Assembly (NCBI GenBank): GCA_963842845.1
Contig: CAWJHZ010000007.1
Span: forward strand, 8,342 to 72,341
Length of the DNA: 64,000 bases
Direction of reading: 5' to 3'
Source: an uncultured Chloroflexia bacterium
Lineage (GTDB): Bacteria; Chloroflexota; Dehalococcoidia; DSTF01; JALHUB01
The translations under genes were made by a program, and so were the position numbers. The notes beneath the pieces were generated by a model. That model made no database searches. It had not been told where the DNA came from and saw only the letters and a program-made list of their open reading frames with translations. Every line of letters begins with the position of its first letter. The first letter of the stretch is position 1. Positions 9,017 to 22,210 of the stretch are shown here, piece after piece.

Positions 9017-11431
9017 CTAAGAAACGCCGAACTCCGTTCTTTCGATGATGTCGTTCTGAAGGGACCTCGATAGATCGATGAACCGGTATGAATAGCCGCT
9101 GACTTTGACCATCAAATCAGGGTAGTCTCCCGGATTCTTCTGTGCATCCTTGAGCGTCTCCCTGCCCATCGGGTTGAACTGGACTTGTCTGCCGCCCAGT
9201 TTGAAGTAAGCCTCGAGCAGCGAGGCGAGTTTGTCCGCTCCCTCATCCGTCCTGATGGTGAGCGGATTAAGGGTCATGTTGACAGCGGTCCCAGAAGACA
9301 AGGAAGCGGACGACGCGGTCGCGGTTGAGTGGAGCGCAGCCGTCATCCCATTGAGTTCGGTCCCGTTTGCGGGAGACATACCGTTCGAAACAGGTCGTCC
9401 CTGCAACCTACCGTCCGGCGTGGCCCCCAGCACGCGACCCTCGGAAACCTGTGACCCGAGGGCAGAGATCAAGAGGGCCCGGTAGGGGCCGCCATCTATC
9501 ACGCGCCTGTGCTTTCGAGCTTCCTTGTCCAGCGTGTCAGTCACCCAAGCAGCGATTTCGTCCGCCTCTGGGTCGTCGTTGCCGTATTTGGGCGCTTTGC
9601 GAAGCAGTTGCTGCTTCAGCTCCTCGGCACTCTCGAAATTGTTGCGCAGGTGCTTGACGAGCTCTTCCATCGTGACGAGCTTCTTCTCGAACACAGCCCA
9701 ACGAATTGCGGCGAGCGAGTTGACGACTGTTCCCAGCCCCTGACAGGAAACCGAGGCATGATTGTACCGAGCCCCACCCCGGGTGATATCGCGACCTGAC
9801 TCTACGCATCCTTCGATGGTCGATGACAGGAGCGGGGTCGGGAAGGATTCGGCGAAGACCCGGTCCTTAGCGTCCGTCAGCTTGACCATGACGTCTATCG
9901 AATTGGCCAGTTGATCGGCGAAGGCCTTCTTCACGTCTGCGAACGTCTTGAGAGCGGCGGCCGGTGGAGTCCTCACGCCTATGCGTTCCCACTTGCTGGT
10001 GAGTGCGCAACCCTCGTTCAGCGCCATTTCCAGAGCAAGCACGAAGTGAGCGATGCTGCCCGATGTGTAGCCGTTGTTGTTCCCCGTCGACGTCAACTCG
10101 ACGCATCCGACAATGGCGTAGTCCCGCGCATCTTCCAGCGCGTAGCCGTCCTTCATCAGGTCCCTTATCACCACAGCGTCATTGTAGAAAGCTACGCCGG
10201 CGGTGTTTCTGTAGGTTTCGCAGGCCTTCACGAGAAAGTCACGAGGCGATTTCTCAGAGATCCTCACCGCCAAGCCGTTCCGAAGGCCTTTCAGCCGGTT
10301 GTAGGACTCAAGCATGAGATAGGATATCTCGTTCGTCGCGTCCTCACCGCTTCGGCCCAACCCACCGATTGTGATGTTGTTGGGGCCGAAGACGGTAAAG
10401 GTGGACACTTTGATAAAGTACTCATCGAGCGCCTCGAGAGCCTCCTCGCGCGTCAGCCTCCCGGCCTCTGTGTCCCTCTTGTAGTACGGGCAAAGATATT
10501 GGTCGACACGCCCCGGCGCAAAAATGGCGTCTTCACCGTAGCTTATCGCGGTGACGACCTGGGTCATCCAGACGGCCTGCACGGCATCCATGAAGGTAGT
10601 CGGCGGCTCCGCCGGCACGCGCCGGCAGCGATCAGCGATTTCGAGCAGCTCTGCTTTCCTTCGACCATCTGCCTCCTGAGCCATTTCTTCCGCGAGACGA
10701 GCGTAGCGCTCAGAGTGGTCGCAGACAGCCATAGCTGCCACCTGCACGGATTCGAGGAAGTCCTTACGCTGATCGTACTGTGCATCTCCCTCTTTGAGCC
10801 TGGCAAGTTGTTGCGCCGCTTGCCTCGCTATGCCGTTGAACCCCATATCGAGGACCTTCTTGACTCCTACCGTGACATGACCCTGCATATCCGCCACAAA
10901 GGCAACCCGCGGGGACGGACTGCTCTCGGAGACCAAGCCCTCTCTCTTCCACCGGTCAAGCATCAAGCTGTGCGCGTCCTTGCCTATCCAGTAGGGGAGG
11001 ATCTCCTCGGTCAATTCCTTGAGCATCTCATCAGGCATATTGAGGAGTTCCCTGATCCATTCCGGACCGACGGCCTCGATATCGTCCACAAAGCGGATAT
11101 CATCTGTGGTCTTCCCATGAAAGGGTATCCCGATGAATATGGCCCGGCTCAGGGATGACCTTTCGATGCCAATGGGAGCGGCAACCGTCTTGAAGGATTT
11201 TGCTCCAACCAGAAGGTCATCGTCGTCAATCTTGATGGACATGTGGCGCAGGGTCTCTTCCAGCCCCTTGGCCGCACGCATGCACGGAGGAACACCTTCT
11301 GTCCGCTTGTATGCCCTTGTATAATACTTGGCGCGTTCGATATCTGCCTCAAAGGGACTCGACAGCAGATTCTCTCGCAGCCTGCCCACCCTCTCTGAGT
11401 AGGCAGCTTCGCTCTTCGTAGTCGCGATCAT
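9017..11431 (-). CDS. glycyl radical enzyme (PFL-family, eliminase/dehydratase-type active site)
   Basis: 804 aa. C-terminal glycine radical motif RVSGYSYRF. Active-site loop IVGCVEL typical of GRE eliminases (glycerol dehydratase/CutC/HypD-like) rather than PFL. Confidence 0.8.
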   Translation of the reverse strand: MIATTKSEAAYSERVGRLRENLLSSPFEADIERAKYYTRAYKRTEGVPPCMRAAKGLEETLRHMSIKIDDDDLLVGAKSFKTVAAPIGIERSSLSRAIFIGIPFHGKTTDDIRFVDDIEAVGPEWIRELLNMPDEMLKELTEEILPYWIGKDAHSLMLDRWKREGLVSESSPSPRVAFVADMQGHVTVGVKKVLDMGFNGIARQAAQQLARLKEGDAQYDQRKDFLESVQVAAMAVCDHSERYARLAEEMAQEADGRRKAELLEIADRCRRVPAEPPTTFMDAVQAVWMTQVVTAISYGEDAIFAPGRVDQYLCPYYKRDTEAGRLTREEALEALDEYFIKVSTFTVFGPNNITIGGLGRSGEDATNEISYLMLESYNRLKGLRNGLAVRISEKSPRDFLVKACETYRNTAGVAFYNDAVVIRDLMKDGYALEDARDYAIVGCVELTSTGNNNGYTSGSIAHFVLALEMALNEGCALTSKWERIGVRTPPAAALKTFADVKKAFADQLANSIDVMVKLTDAKDRVFAESFPTPLLSSTIEGCVESGRDITRGGARYNHASVSCQGLGTVVNSLAAIRWAVFEKKLVTMEELVKHLRNNFESAEELKQQLLRKAPKYGNDDPEADEIAAWVTDTLDKEARKHRRVIDGGPYRALLISALGSQVSEGRVLGATPDGRLQGRPVSNGMSPANGTELNGMTAALHSTATASSASLSSGTAVNMTLNPLTIRTDEGADKLASLLEAYFKLGGRQVQFNPMGRETLKDAQKNPGDYPDLMVKVSGYSYRFIDLSRSLQNDIIERTEFGVS

Positions 11432-11561
11432 CGCAGTCTCCTTCAGCGCGCAAACAAAAGCCTCGCGCCGGCCAATCCCTCAAAACAACGGCGCACTTAA
11501 TCCCGGAATTGCAGTCGACGCACGGGCGCCGACCATTCAGTTTGAATCTGACATCGGCGCC

Positions 11562-11605
11562 TGTCAAGCAGTTTCGGAGTTAGGCGTGTGCGCCGCGTAC
11601 TTGCC
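11562..11605. promoter_or_regulatory. palindromic element, copy 3 (right arm partly degenerate), in the divergent GRE / MarR intergenic region
   Basis: TGTCAAGCAGTTTCGGAGTTAGGCGTGTGCG... is identical to copy 2 over about 30 nt. The preceding TGAATCTG context is also shared with copy 2. Confidence 0.45.
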
Positions 11606-11721
11606 TTCGCAGGCCGTTTAGAGGAACATGCCAACGCTTCGGACAACGTGTCACACCCTCAGCCTTATACGGTACCAGCCTGAAGTGTGATATCCTCTCT
11701 AGCATCAAGCCACGCGGGTGT

Positions 11722-12159
11722 GTGGAAGCTATGCCTATCGAAGAGTGGTGGAGCCTGTACGCGGCCTACGCCTGGATGCATAAGGAATGCGACCGCGCGT
11801 TGTCGCCCCGGGACCTCACGGTCTCGCAAGCTGCAGTGGTCGGGTTTCTAGGCATGGCCGGACGGCCGCTGAGGGTGACGACGCTGGCCCGGCTGCTGAT
11901 CCAGGAGAGTCAGAGCGCAACCAGTCTCGTTGACCGCATGTGCGCCGGCGGGCTCGTGGAGCGAGTAAAAGACCCCGACGATCGGCGTGTGGTCCGGGTC
12001 CGGCTAACTGATAAGGGCGAGCAATTGTACGATATCCTCCAGACGACGGCGCCCCAATTCAACGACGAGATGTTCAGCGTCCTGTCGTTCGAAGAGCGGG
12101 AGACCCTTAAAGACCTGCTTCAGAAGTTCACCCGACGCAACGTGCAGCGCTTTCGTTGA
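11722..12159 (+). CDS. MarR family transcriptional regulator
   Basis: 145 aa. Winged-helix region ...SQAAVVGFLGMAGRPLRVTTLARLLIQESQSATSLVDRMCAGGLVERVKDPDDRRVVRVRLTDKG. Divergent from the GRE operon. Confidence 0.75.
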   Translation: MEAMPIEEWWSLYAAYAWMHKECDRALSPRDLTVSQAAVVGFLGMAGRPLRVTTLARLLIQESQSATSLVDRMCAGGLVERVKDPDDRRVVRVRLTDKGEQLYDILQTTAPQFNDEMFSVLSFEERETLKDLLQKFTRRNVQRFR

Positions 12160-12207
12160 TGCCCATGTGATTTGTCTGAGCTAACCGTCGATAGGGGAAC
12201 AACGGCG

Positions 12208-12295
12208 CTGGCCTGCCCCCGAAAACGAGTCCACGCTCTATGTTACTCGTACAGGCACCATCTGGTATGACGGAGCCATGATTCCTGCCCACGGC
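12208..12295. mobile_element. solo remnant (about 90 bp) of an IS3-family terminal inverted repeat end
   Basis: CTGGCCTGCCCCCGAAAACGAGTCCACGCTCTATGTTACTCGTACAGG... is about 85% identical to the right end of the complete IS at 23145-23235. No transposase follows. Confidence 0.55.
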
Positions 12296-12403
12296 ATTAC
12301 TGCCCCCAAGCGCGCGTGGCCTGCACTCCAAGGCGTGGTGGGGACGCAAAACATGTGTGGTTGGTGTCGGCGATTCGGACTTCGACGAGCGTTGGACCGG
12401 GCG

Positions 12404-12434
12404 TTGACGGCGCTGCCTATTCTTTGCGTATAAT
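12404..12434 (+). promoter_or_regulatory. putative promoter of MmeI-like gene 1: TTGACG ... TATAAT with the -10 box only 7 bp from the ATG (leaderless or near-leaderless mRNA)
   Basis: TATAAT at 12429-12434, ATG at 12442. TTGACG about 19 bp upstream. The same TATAAT-7bp-ATG arrangement occurs upstream of the paralog at 33515. Confidence 0.35.
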
Positions 12435-12441
12435 CCGTCCG

Positions 12442-15228
12442 ATGAACCCCAACGAATTCGTACGCAAATGGGCTGCCTCCACCCAGAGCGAAAGTGCGGC
12501 TGCACAAGCGCATTTCATCAACCTGTGTCAGATGCTGGGCGAGGGAACGCCCAACGAAGACCCCAGCGGCGATTACTTCGCCTTCGAGAAAGGCGCGAAA
12601 AAGCCCGACGGCGACGGGTTTGCCGACGTGTGGCTCAGGAACCACTTTGCCTGGGAGTACAAGGGCAAACACAAAGACCTCGGGATTGCTTACAAGCAGG
12701 TTCAGACGTATCGCGAGGCGCTGGGTAACCCGCCGCTGCTCGTTGTCTGCGACATAGAACGATTCGAAGTCCACACCAACTGGACCAACACAGAGACCTG
12801 GATCTACCGCTTCCGCAACGCCGACATCGCGCTGGACGAGCCGGTCGAAGTCACCACTTACGGCGGGCCCGCTGCCGACGCCCCGAAGCTCACAGCCCTC
12901 CAAGTCCTGAAGGCGCTCTTCGAGGAGCCCGAGCGCCTGAAGCCTCTCCGGACTACCGAGCAGATCACACAGGAGGCCGCCAAGCTCTTCGGCCGCATCA
13001 CCGATGACCTGCGCAAATGGAAGGTAGAGGACATGCGCATCGCTCGCTTCGTGACGCGGGTCATGTTCTGCATGTTCGCGACAGACGTGGGCCTGTTGCC
13101 GCGCGAGACCTTTAGCGAGGTCATCAACGTCAACAAGGACGACCCCGCCGCATTCCGCGAGAACCTGTCGGCGCTCTTCGGCGTCATGGCGGAAGGCGGC
13201 AAGTTCCTCATGCACCCCGTCCCTTACTTTAACGGCCGCTTGTTCGAGGACAGCGACGTGCCCGACGAGATCCACGGCGAGCACGTGCGGCTTTTGGAAG
13301 ACCTGAACGACCTCAACTGGGCGGACGTGGAACCGGTCATCTTCGGCACGCTGTTCGAGCGCGTCATCGACCCCGCCCACCGCAAGCAACTGGGCGCGCA
13401 TTACACCTCTCGAGCCGACATCGAGCTGATCGTTGAGCCGGTGCTGATGGCGCCCCTGAGGCGGGAGTGGGACCAGATCAAGGCAGCGGCGGAGGACCTG
13501 CCGGAGAACGCGGCTTCGCGGCGGCGCATCGCCGGCGCGCTGCAGACGTTCCAGAACCGGCTGGCAACTATCCGTGTTCTTGACCCCGCCTGCGGCTCCG
13601 GCAATTTCCTCTACGTCTCCCTGGCTCTTCTCAAGGCCCTCGAAAAAGAGGTTATCGCCTTCGGGTCGTTGCATGACGTTGCGCTCTCCCCGCGCGTTCA
13701 CCCGCGCCAACTGATGGGCCTGGAGATCAGCGAGTACGCGCGGGAGCTGGCATCCATAGTCATATGGATAGGCTACCTGCAGTGGAAGCATAGAAACGTC
13801 ATCCCGTTTGCCGATGAGGTGCCCATTCTGCAGCCACTGGACCAAATCGAACTTCGCGATGCGATATTGGACCTTTCTAGCCCGTCGGGTCCCAGGGAAC
13901 CGGATTGGCCTGAGGTCGATATCATTATTGGGAATCCTCCGTTCCTTGGCACCAAGAAAATGCGGGAGGCTCTTGGCGATGATCTCACCCGCGCACTGAG
14001 ATCGGTCTACGCCGGACGCGTCCCCGGCTTTGCTGATTTGTGCTGCTACTGGTTTGAGAAGGCGCGGCGGGCCATCCAGGAGGGCAAGGCGAAGAGGGCC
14101 GGGCTCTTGGCCACGCAAGCGATTAGAGGCGGCCTCAACCGTGAAATCCTGAAGTCGATCAAGCGCACGGGCGATATCTTCTTTGCAGAATCCGATAGGC
14201 CGTGGATACTCGATGGCGCTGCTGTTCATGTTTCAATGATCGGGTTCGATGATGGGAGTGAACGGTGCCGATTTCTGGATGGCCGGCCCGTCGACAACAT
14301 CAATCCTGACCTCACGAGCCAGTCTAACGTGACGGCCGCAAGGCGACTCGCCGAGAACGCGGGCATTGGGTTCATCGGCGACGTGAAGGTAGGTTCGTTC
14401 GACATTGAACAGTCGCTGGCCGTTTCCTTCTTGGCGCTGAGCGGCAACCCCAACGGCAAGCCGAACGGTGATGTGATTCGGCCTTGGGTGAATGGCGCAG
14501 ATTTCACGGGGCGTTGTCGCTCCAGGTGGATCATCGACTTTCCTCCGGGTATGTCAGCCGAAGAGGCTGCCAAGTACGAGAAGCCATTTGAGTACGTAAG
14601 GGCTCACGTCAAGCCCCTGCGGGATACAAGCAAACGTAAGCCCTACCGAGAAAAGTGGTGGATCCATGCGGAAGCATGCGTGGCGATGCGAGACGCTATC
14701 AAGGGCCTCTTGGTTAGTCCGACCCTTACAAAGCATCGTCTCTTCGTATGGTGCGAGCCCCCAGCACTGCCAGATCATCAACTGGTCGTGTTCGCGCGGG
14801 ACGACGACTATTTCTTCGGCGTTCTCCACTCCCGCGCTCATGAGGTGTGGGCACGCGCCACAGGCACCCAGTTGCGAGAAGTGGAGAGCGGTTTCCGTTA
14901 TACCCCGACAACCTGTTTCGAGACGTTCCCGTTCCCAAGACAATCGCCAGAGCAGCCGGGCGCAATCGCAGAGGCGGCGCGGGAACTCGATGGTCTGCGG
15001 CAGACCTGGCTTGACCCGCCGGAAGACAGCATCGCTCCGAGTGAACTCAAGAAGCGCACTCTAACCAACCTCTACAACCAGCGCCCCACCTGGCTGGCAA
15101 ACGCGCATCGCAAGCTGGACGAGGCGGTGTTCGCGGCATACGGCTGGCTGGAGTCGCCGGACGCGCTGTCGGACGCGGACATCGTCAAGCGGCTGTTGGA
15201 GTTGAACCTCGCGAGAGAGCCCGCCTAG
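12442..15228 (+). CDS. MmeI-family Type IIL (IIG) restriction-modification enzyme: fused PD-(D/E)xK nuclease, N6-adenine methyltransferase and target-recognition domains; intact
   Basis: The N-terminus aligns with the MmeI pattern (FVRKWAAS...PDGDGFADVWLRNHFAWEYKGK...QVQTYREALGNPPLLVVCDIERFEV) with the D...EYK nuclease motif. SAM motif VLDPACGSGNFL. Motif IV GNPPF. The long C-terminal region is the TRD. Single ORF of 928 aa from the second Met. Confidence 0.8.
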   Translation: MNPNEFVRKWAASTQSESAAAQAHFINLCQMLGEGTPNEDPSGDYFAFEKGAKKPDGDGFADVWLRNHFAWEYKGKHKDLGIAYKQVQTYREALGNPPLLVVCDIERFEVHTNWTNTETWIYRFRNADIALDEPVEVTTYGGPAADAPKLTALQVLKALFEEPERLKPLRTTEQITQEAAKLFGRITDDLRKWKVEDMRIARFVTRVMFCMFATDVGLLPRETFSEVINVNKDDPAAFRENLSALFGVMAEGGKFLMHPVPYFNGRLFEDSDVPDEIHGEHVRLLEDLNDLNWADVEPVIFGTLFERVIDPAHRKQLGAHYTSRADIELIVEPVLMAPLRREWDQIKAAAEDLPENAASRRRIAGALQTFQNRLATIRVLDPACGSGNFLYVSLALLKALEKEVIAFGSLHDVALSPRVHPRQLMGLEISEYARELASIVIWIGYLQWKHRNVIPFADEVPILQPLDQIELRDAILDLSSPSGPREPDWPEVDIIIGNPPFLGTKKMREALGDDLTRALRSVYAGRVPGFADLCCYWFEKARRAIQEGKAKRAGLLATQAIRGGLNREILKSIKRTGDIFFAESDRPWILDGAAVHVSMIGFDDGSERCRFLDGRPVDNINPDLTSQSNVTAARRLAENAGIGFIGDVKVGSFDIEQSLAVSFLALSGNPNGKPNGDVIRPWVNGADFTGRCRSRWIIDFPPGMSAEEAAKYEKPFEYVRAHVKPLRDTSKRKPYREKWWIHAEACVAMRDAIKGLLVSPTLTKHRLFVWCEPPALPDHQLVVFARDDDYFFGVLHSRAHEVWARATGTQLREVESGFRYTPTTCFETFPFPRQSPEQPGAIAEAARELDGLRQTWLDPPEDSIAPSELKKRTLTNLYNQRPTWLANAHRKLDEAVFAAYGWLESPDALSDADIVKRLLELNLAREPA

Positions 15229-16806
15229 ACTTGCGAACCCTTTCGCTGATCCGGGTTGGGGCGGCGTCCCATGCGGCGCGCCATGTCGGCGGCGAAATTG
15301 GCGGCTGTTCCCACAACGCCGCGCTGGTGCGGGATGGGGCGCATCGCGTTCGACAGCTCCGGGTGCTTCTCGGCGTAAGCCCGCACCTCCTCCAGCGTCA
15401 CGCCGTAGGTGTCGAGCACGCGCTGCAGCTCCCCACGGGCCTTGTCTTTCGCTTCCTGCAGCTTCATCTGCACCCGGCTCTTGACCAGCACCTCGCCGTC
15501 TCCTGTCGTCTCGATAGAGACAAAGACTGTGTCGCCCAGGTCGCTCACCACCTTCGCCTGGACGCCGTCGCTGATCGTGCTGGGCATGCAGCCGAAAGGC
15601 TTGATGGAGATCATCATGTGGGCCTTGGCGTGTCGCACCATGTAGATGTGCTTGGTGACCTCCAAGTGGCCCTCGCCGGCGATGAGTCGCTTCTCATAGT
15701 AACCTTCGGAGTAGCGGTCGAGCATGCCCATCGCCGGGAAGCCCTGCGGCTTCATGTTCATGATGGCGCGGTAGAAAGTGTACAGGATCTCCCCGAAGTG
15801 CTTACCTACGCGGAGTCCGAACCAGACGAGCCAGGGGTTGGCCGTGCCCATCCCCTGCGGGTCTGATTTGACGAAGAGGCGGTCCCGCACCTTGAGCTCG
15901 TTGAGCCAGATCATGTACTCGAACCAGGCCCCGACCGTGTCGACCATCACCTCGGCGCCCTCGTCTTCCAGCCAGTGCAGGAGACGGTGGTTCGACTCGT
16001 CCTCCGCGTGCTTGAGGAAGAACTCCCCGGTGACCTTCACCCGCGGCTTGACCCTCAGGTAATCGACCTGGATGCGGCCGAGCTTGACCCTGATAGCCGC
16101 CATCGTCCTTGAGATGGAGAGCCCCTCTCTTGCTGCCACCCGCACCATCTCACGGGCCGCCGCCAGCGCCTTGTCGGTTGCGCCGGGGACGACCTCGTAG
16201 GGCCGTATCTGGCAGGCGAGATCGCCCAGGAGGTCGGCGGCGATCGCCGCCTTGGCGAGACGCCAGAACACCTTGGGCGTCATCCGCACCCCCGCCGACT
16301 CCTGATTAATGTCGAGACCGTGGGCGATGTCCAGCATCGCGATCCGGAAGTTGGGGAAGCCGGCCGCCTTGAGCGCCTTGCGCATGTCCGCCTCGTACAT
16401 CCCCATCCGGCAGGGCCCGCAGTCGCTCGCCCAGAGGAGGGCAAAGCGCTCTTCGATCTCGCTGGCTAAGAGCCCTTCCCGCCGTCGCTCGAATAGGAAC
16501 TTGAGCAGGGTGCCGATCGTGTAGTAAGTGGGGTTGCACTGCCCTCGGTTACAGAACTCCTTGCCGATGGCGAGCGACTCCTGGTTAGGGGTGGGAAGTC
16601 GCTGCGCTTTGTAGCCAAGCCCCTCCAGCACTCCCAGGAGCACCTCCTGGAGAGTCGCGGGAAGCGCGCAAAAGACGATGGTCGTCTCGGCCTTGTTTAT
16701 CGGCGTGGTGGGGTCGGCGGGCCGCTTGAAATGGCGTACCTCCGGTCCCTCGACGCCCATCTCCTGGACTAGGGCGCGTCGGAAGGCCTCAACCTTCGCC
16801 TCGATC

Positions 16807-16832
<26 letters not shown>
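15225..16832 (-). CDS. 2-hydroxyacyl-CoA dehydratase-related protein (HgdB/BcrC-like partner of CoA-enzyme activase)
   Basis: About 535 aa from a GTG at 16832 (VSTIESAAEIEAKVEAF...). Cys-containing segments CNRGQCNPTYY and DCGPCRMGMY. Located immediately downstream of the activase fusion gene. Assignment by family resemblance only. Confidence 0.4.
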
Positions 16833-20289
<3,457 letters not shown>

Positions 20290-20655
20290 GATCTACCCGC
20301 GATGCCATCCCCTGAAAAGGGCGAGCCCCGCCGGCGATAAGATGCCCTGTACAGTGTAAGCCCAGACCCTGCGTTCTCCAATAATACCAGTTGATATGCC
20401 CTCAATCCCGCGACCCTCTGCGAACGCTACCACAGTCCATGCTACTGCGGCCACCGCCCCCAGCCATAACGAGTCGGAGCACCTGCTCGGGAATCAGAAG
20501 TCCGGTATTAAGCCATCTCGTCTTGACCATGAGGTCATCGTGTGCGGCCCAGCCCCCTTGGCCGTCATCGGTCAATGCCTTGATGACCCGTCGCGCTAAC
20601 GTCGGCACCAGGCGGCTCCGAAGGTGTTAGAGCCTAGATTCGAGCTGAGCGGGGA

Positions 20656-21354
20656 TTAACGCAGCCCTTTGGCGAAGCGCCGCAAGCGGGTAGACCCCGC
20701 CTTCATCAGAACCGAGCCGTGTCCGAAGCACACGATGTCGCACTCCAGAGCGGCCAGCTTGCGGATGGATTCCCTGGCCTGGGCCTTGTCCTGGGTGAAC
20801 ATGCCGGGCGGAGGGCGCAAGCCAAAGACGTTCACGACGGCGTCCCCCACGTAGAGCACACCCCTGGAAGGCATGTGCAGGGCGATCTGCCCAGGGGTAT
20901 GGCCAGGGGCATGTACGACTCGTAGGCCGGCAACCCCAAGCTCGTCACCATCCTGGAGTTCCCGGTCCACCCGTGACGGTTTCGGCGGTCGCGCCAGGCG
21001 GACTAGGAGAGGACCGAGAAGGCCACTCAAGAGCCGTGGCATCTTCGGCGACGGCATGGACTCCTCACCCCGCACAACCGGGGCATCCAGTGCGTGCACA
21101 CACACTTGAGCGCCCGTAGCCTCGGCGAGTTCGGCCAGGCTGCCGGTGTGATCCCCGTGATAGTGAGTCACGACGATTTCTTTGAGGTCCTCGGGCTTGT
21201 GACCGATAGCAGCGATGGTCTGGAGCACCTTCTTTGTGGCACCGGCCATACCCGTGTCGACGAGAGTCAGATGGTCTTCTCCCTCGACGAGGTAGACCCC
21301 GCACCCCTTTATTCCCTCTACCTTGTACACGCCCTCGACAATCTTCATGAGCAT
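20656..21354 (-). CDS. MBL-fold metallo-hydrolase
   Basis: HYHGDHTG (HxHxDH) motif plus downstream His/Asp ligands (VHAPGHTPGQ, CFGHG). 232 aa. Confidence 0.75.
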   Translation of the reverse strand: MLMKIVEGVYKVEGIKGCGVYLVEGEDHLTLVDTGMAGATKKVLQTIAAIGHKPEDLKEIVVTHYHGDHTGSLAELAEATGAQVCVHALDAPVVRGEESMPSPKMPRLLSGLLGPLLVRLARPPKPSRVDRELQDGDELGVAGLRVVHAPGHTPGQIALHMPSRGVLYVGDAVVNVFGLRPPPGMFTQDKAQARESIRKLAALECDIVCFGHGSVLMKAGSTRLRRFAKGLR

Positions 21355-21490
21355 CTCCCTCCTCGAGGTTGTCGTCGCCGCTGGCGGCTGGATTATACGA
21401 CAACGTTCTTCGCCTTCGCAGCATCGCCTTGACTTTCGCGCACACTAATGCATCATGGTCATGATTCCACGTTTGCGAAGGAGAACGACC

Positions 21491-21715
21491 ATGACAGCGA
21501 CCATCATCCCCATCGGCGAGGAGGCAGCAGGCTGGGAACGCGCTCTCTACGCATTTCTTGCCGAAAAGGAGAGGCGGAGCGGCTCAAGACGCATAGTCGA
21601 AGGCTACTCGCGCACTCTCCAGCACTTCTTCGGGGCCGTTGGCAAGCCGCCGGACAGAATCACAAGCCAGGAGGTCTTCACCTGGGCTTACGGCAGAGGA
21701 CTCTCGGGCAACTGA
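21491..21715 (+). pseudogene. N-terminal fragment (about 75 aa) of a tyrosine integrase, near-identical to the N-terminus of the intact integrase at 37926
   Basis: MTATIIPIGEEAAGWERALYAFLAEKERRSGSRR(I/T)VEGYSRTLQHFFGA... matches 37926..38150 at both protein and nucleotide level, including about 60 bp of upstream sequence. It terminates after SGN, with no catalytic domain. Confidence 0.7.
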
Positions 21716-21759
21716 GTCAAGTATATTGTTGCCCAAGGAAGCGCAGGACTACAGCGGCC

Positions 21760-22060
21760 TATTTGAACGGGGCGCTGCCAGAGGAGGAGTGGCGGCGCGA
21801 GGTGCAAACAGTCGATGATCGCCTCGCTCGTCTTCCGCCTGGGTCTCCCGATGCCATCCGCTTTGCCGGCAAGCGGCTCGAGAGCATAGGCCAGCTATGG
21901 GACGGAATGACGATGGCGGAACGACGCGAAGCGTGCCGGATCTTGTTCGAGAGGGTGGGGATAGACACGAGAAGAAAGCGGTTGTGGGTCCATCCCTGGC
22001 CGGAGTTCCAGCCGCTGTTTGAGATGCGACGGAAGATGTGCAAGCGGTCTATCTGTGTAG
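21760..22060 (+). pseudogene. C-terminal fragment of a large serine recombinase (remnant)
   Basis: ...RLPPGSPDAIRFAGKRLESIGQLWDGMTMAERREACRILFERVGIDTRRKRLWVHPWPEF resembles the C-terminal tails of large serine recombinases. It lacks the resolvase and recombinase domains and abuts the tRNA 3' end. Confidence 0.45.
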
Positions 22061-22063
22061 GTA

Positions 22064-22139
<76 letters not shown>

Positions 22140-22210
22140 ACGCAGCCATCTTACCGCCTGTTTTGCCGACCTGACAAGGCCCCGCGTCCAGCGACGCCGG
22201 GCGCAGTCGC

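Noticed and set aside
12238-14229. 663-aa ORF on the minus strand antisense to the MmeI-like gene (and its mirror 32670..33845 + antisense to copy 2)
   Set aside because: High-GC antisense frames stay open by chance. No motifs. The sense strand has a clear domain architecture. The identical 117-aa antisense ORFs simply reflect the 523-bp identity tract.
12442-15228. Interpretation of the MmeI-like genes as BREX PglX methyltransferases
   Set aside because: Both copies have the N-terminal PD-(D/E)xK nuclease block typical of MmeI-family Type IIL enzymes. No pglZ, brxL, brxC or other BREX genes are present in the 64 kb.
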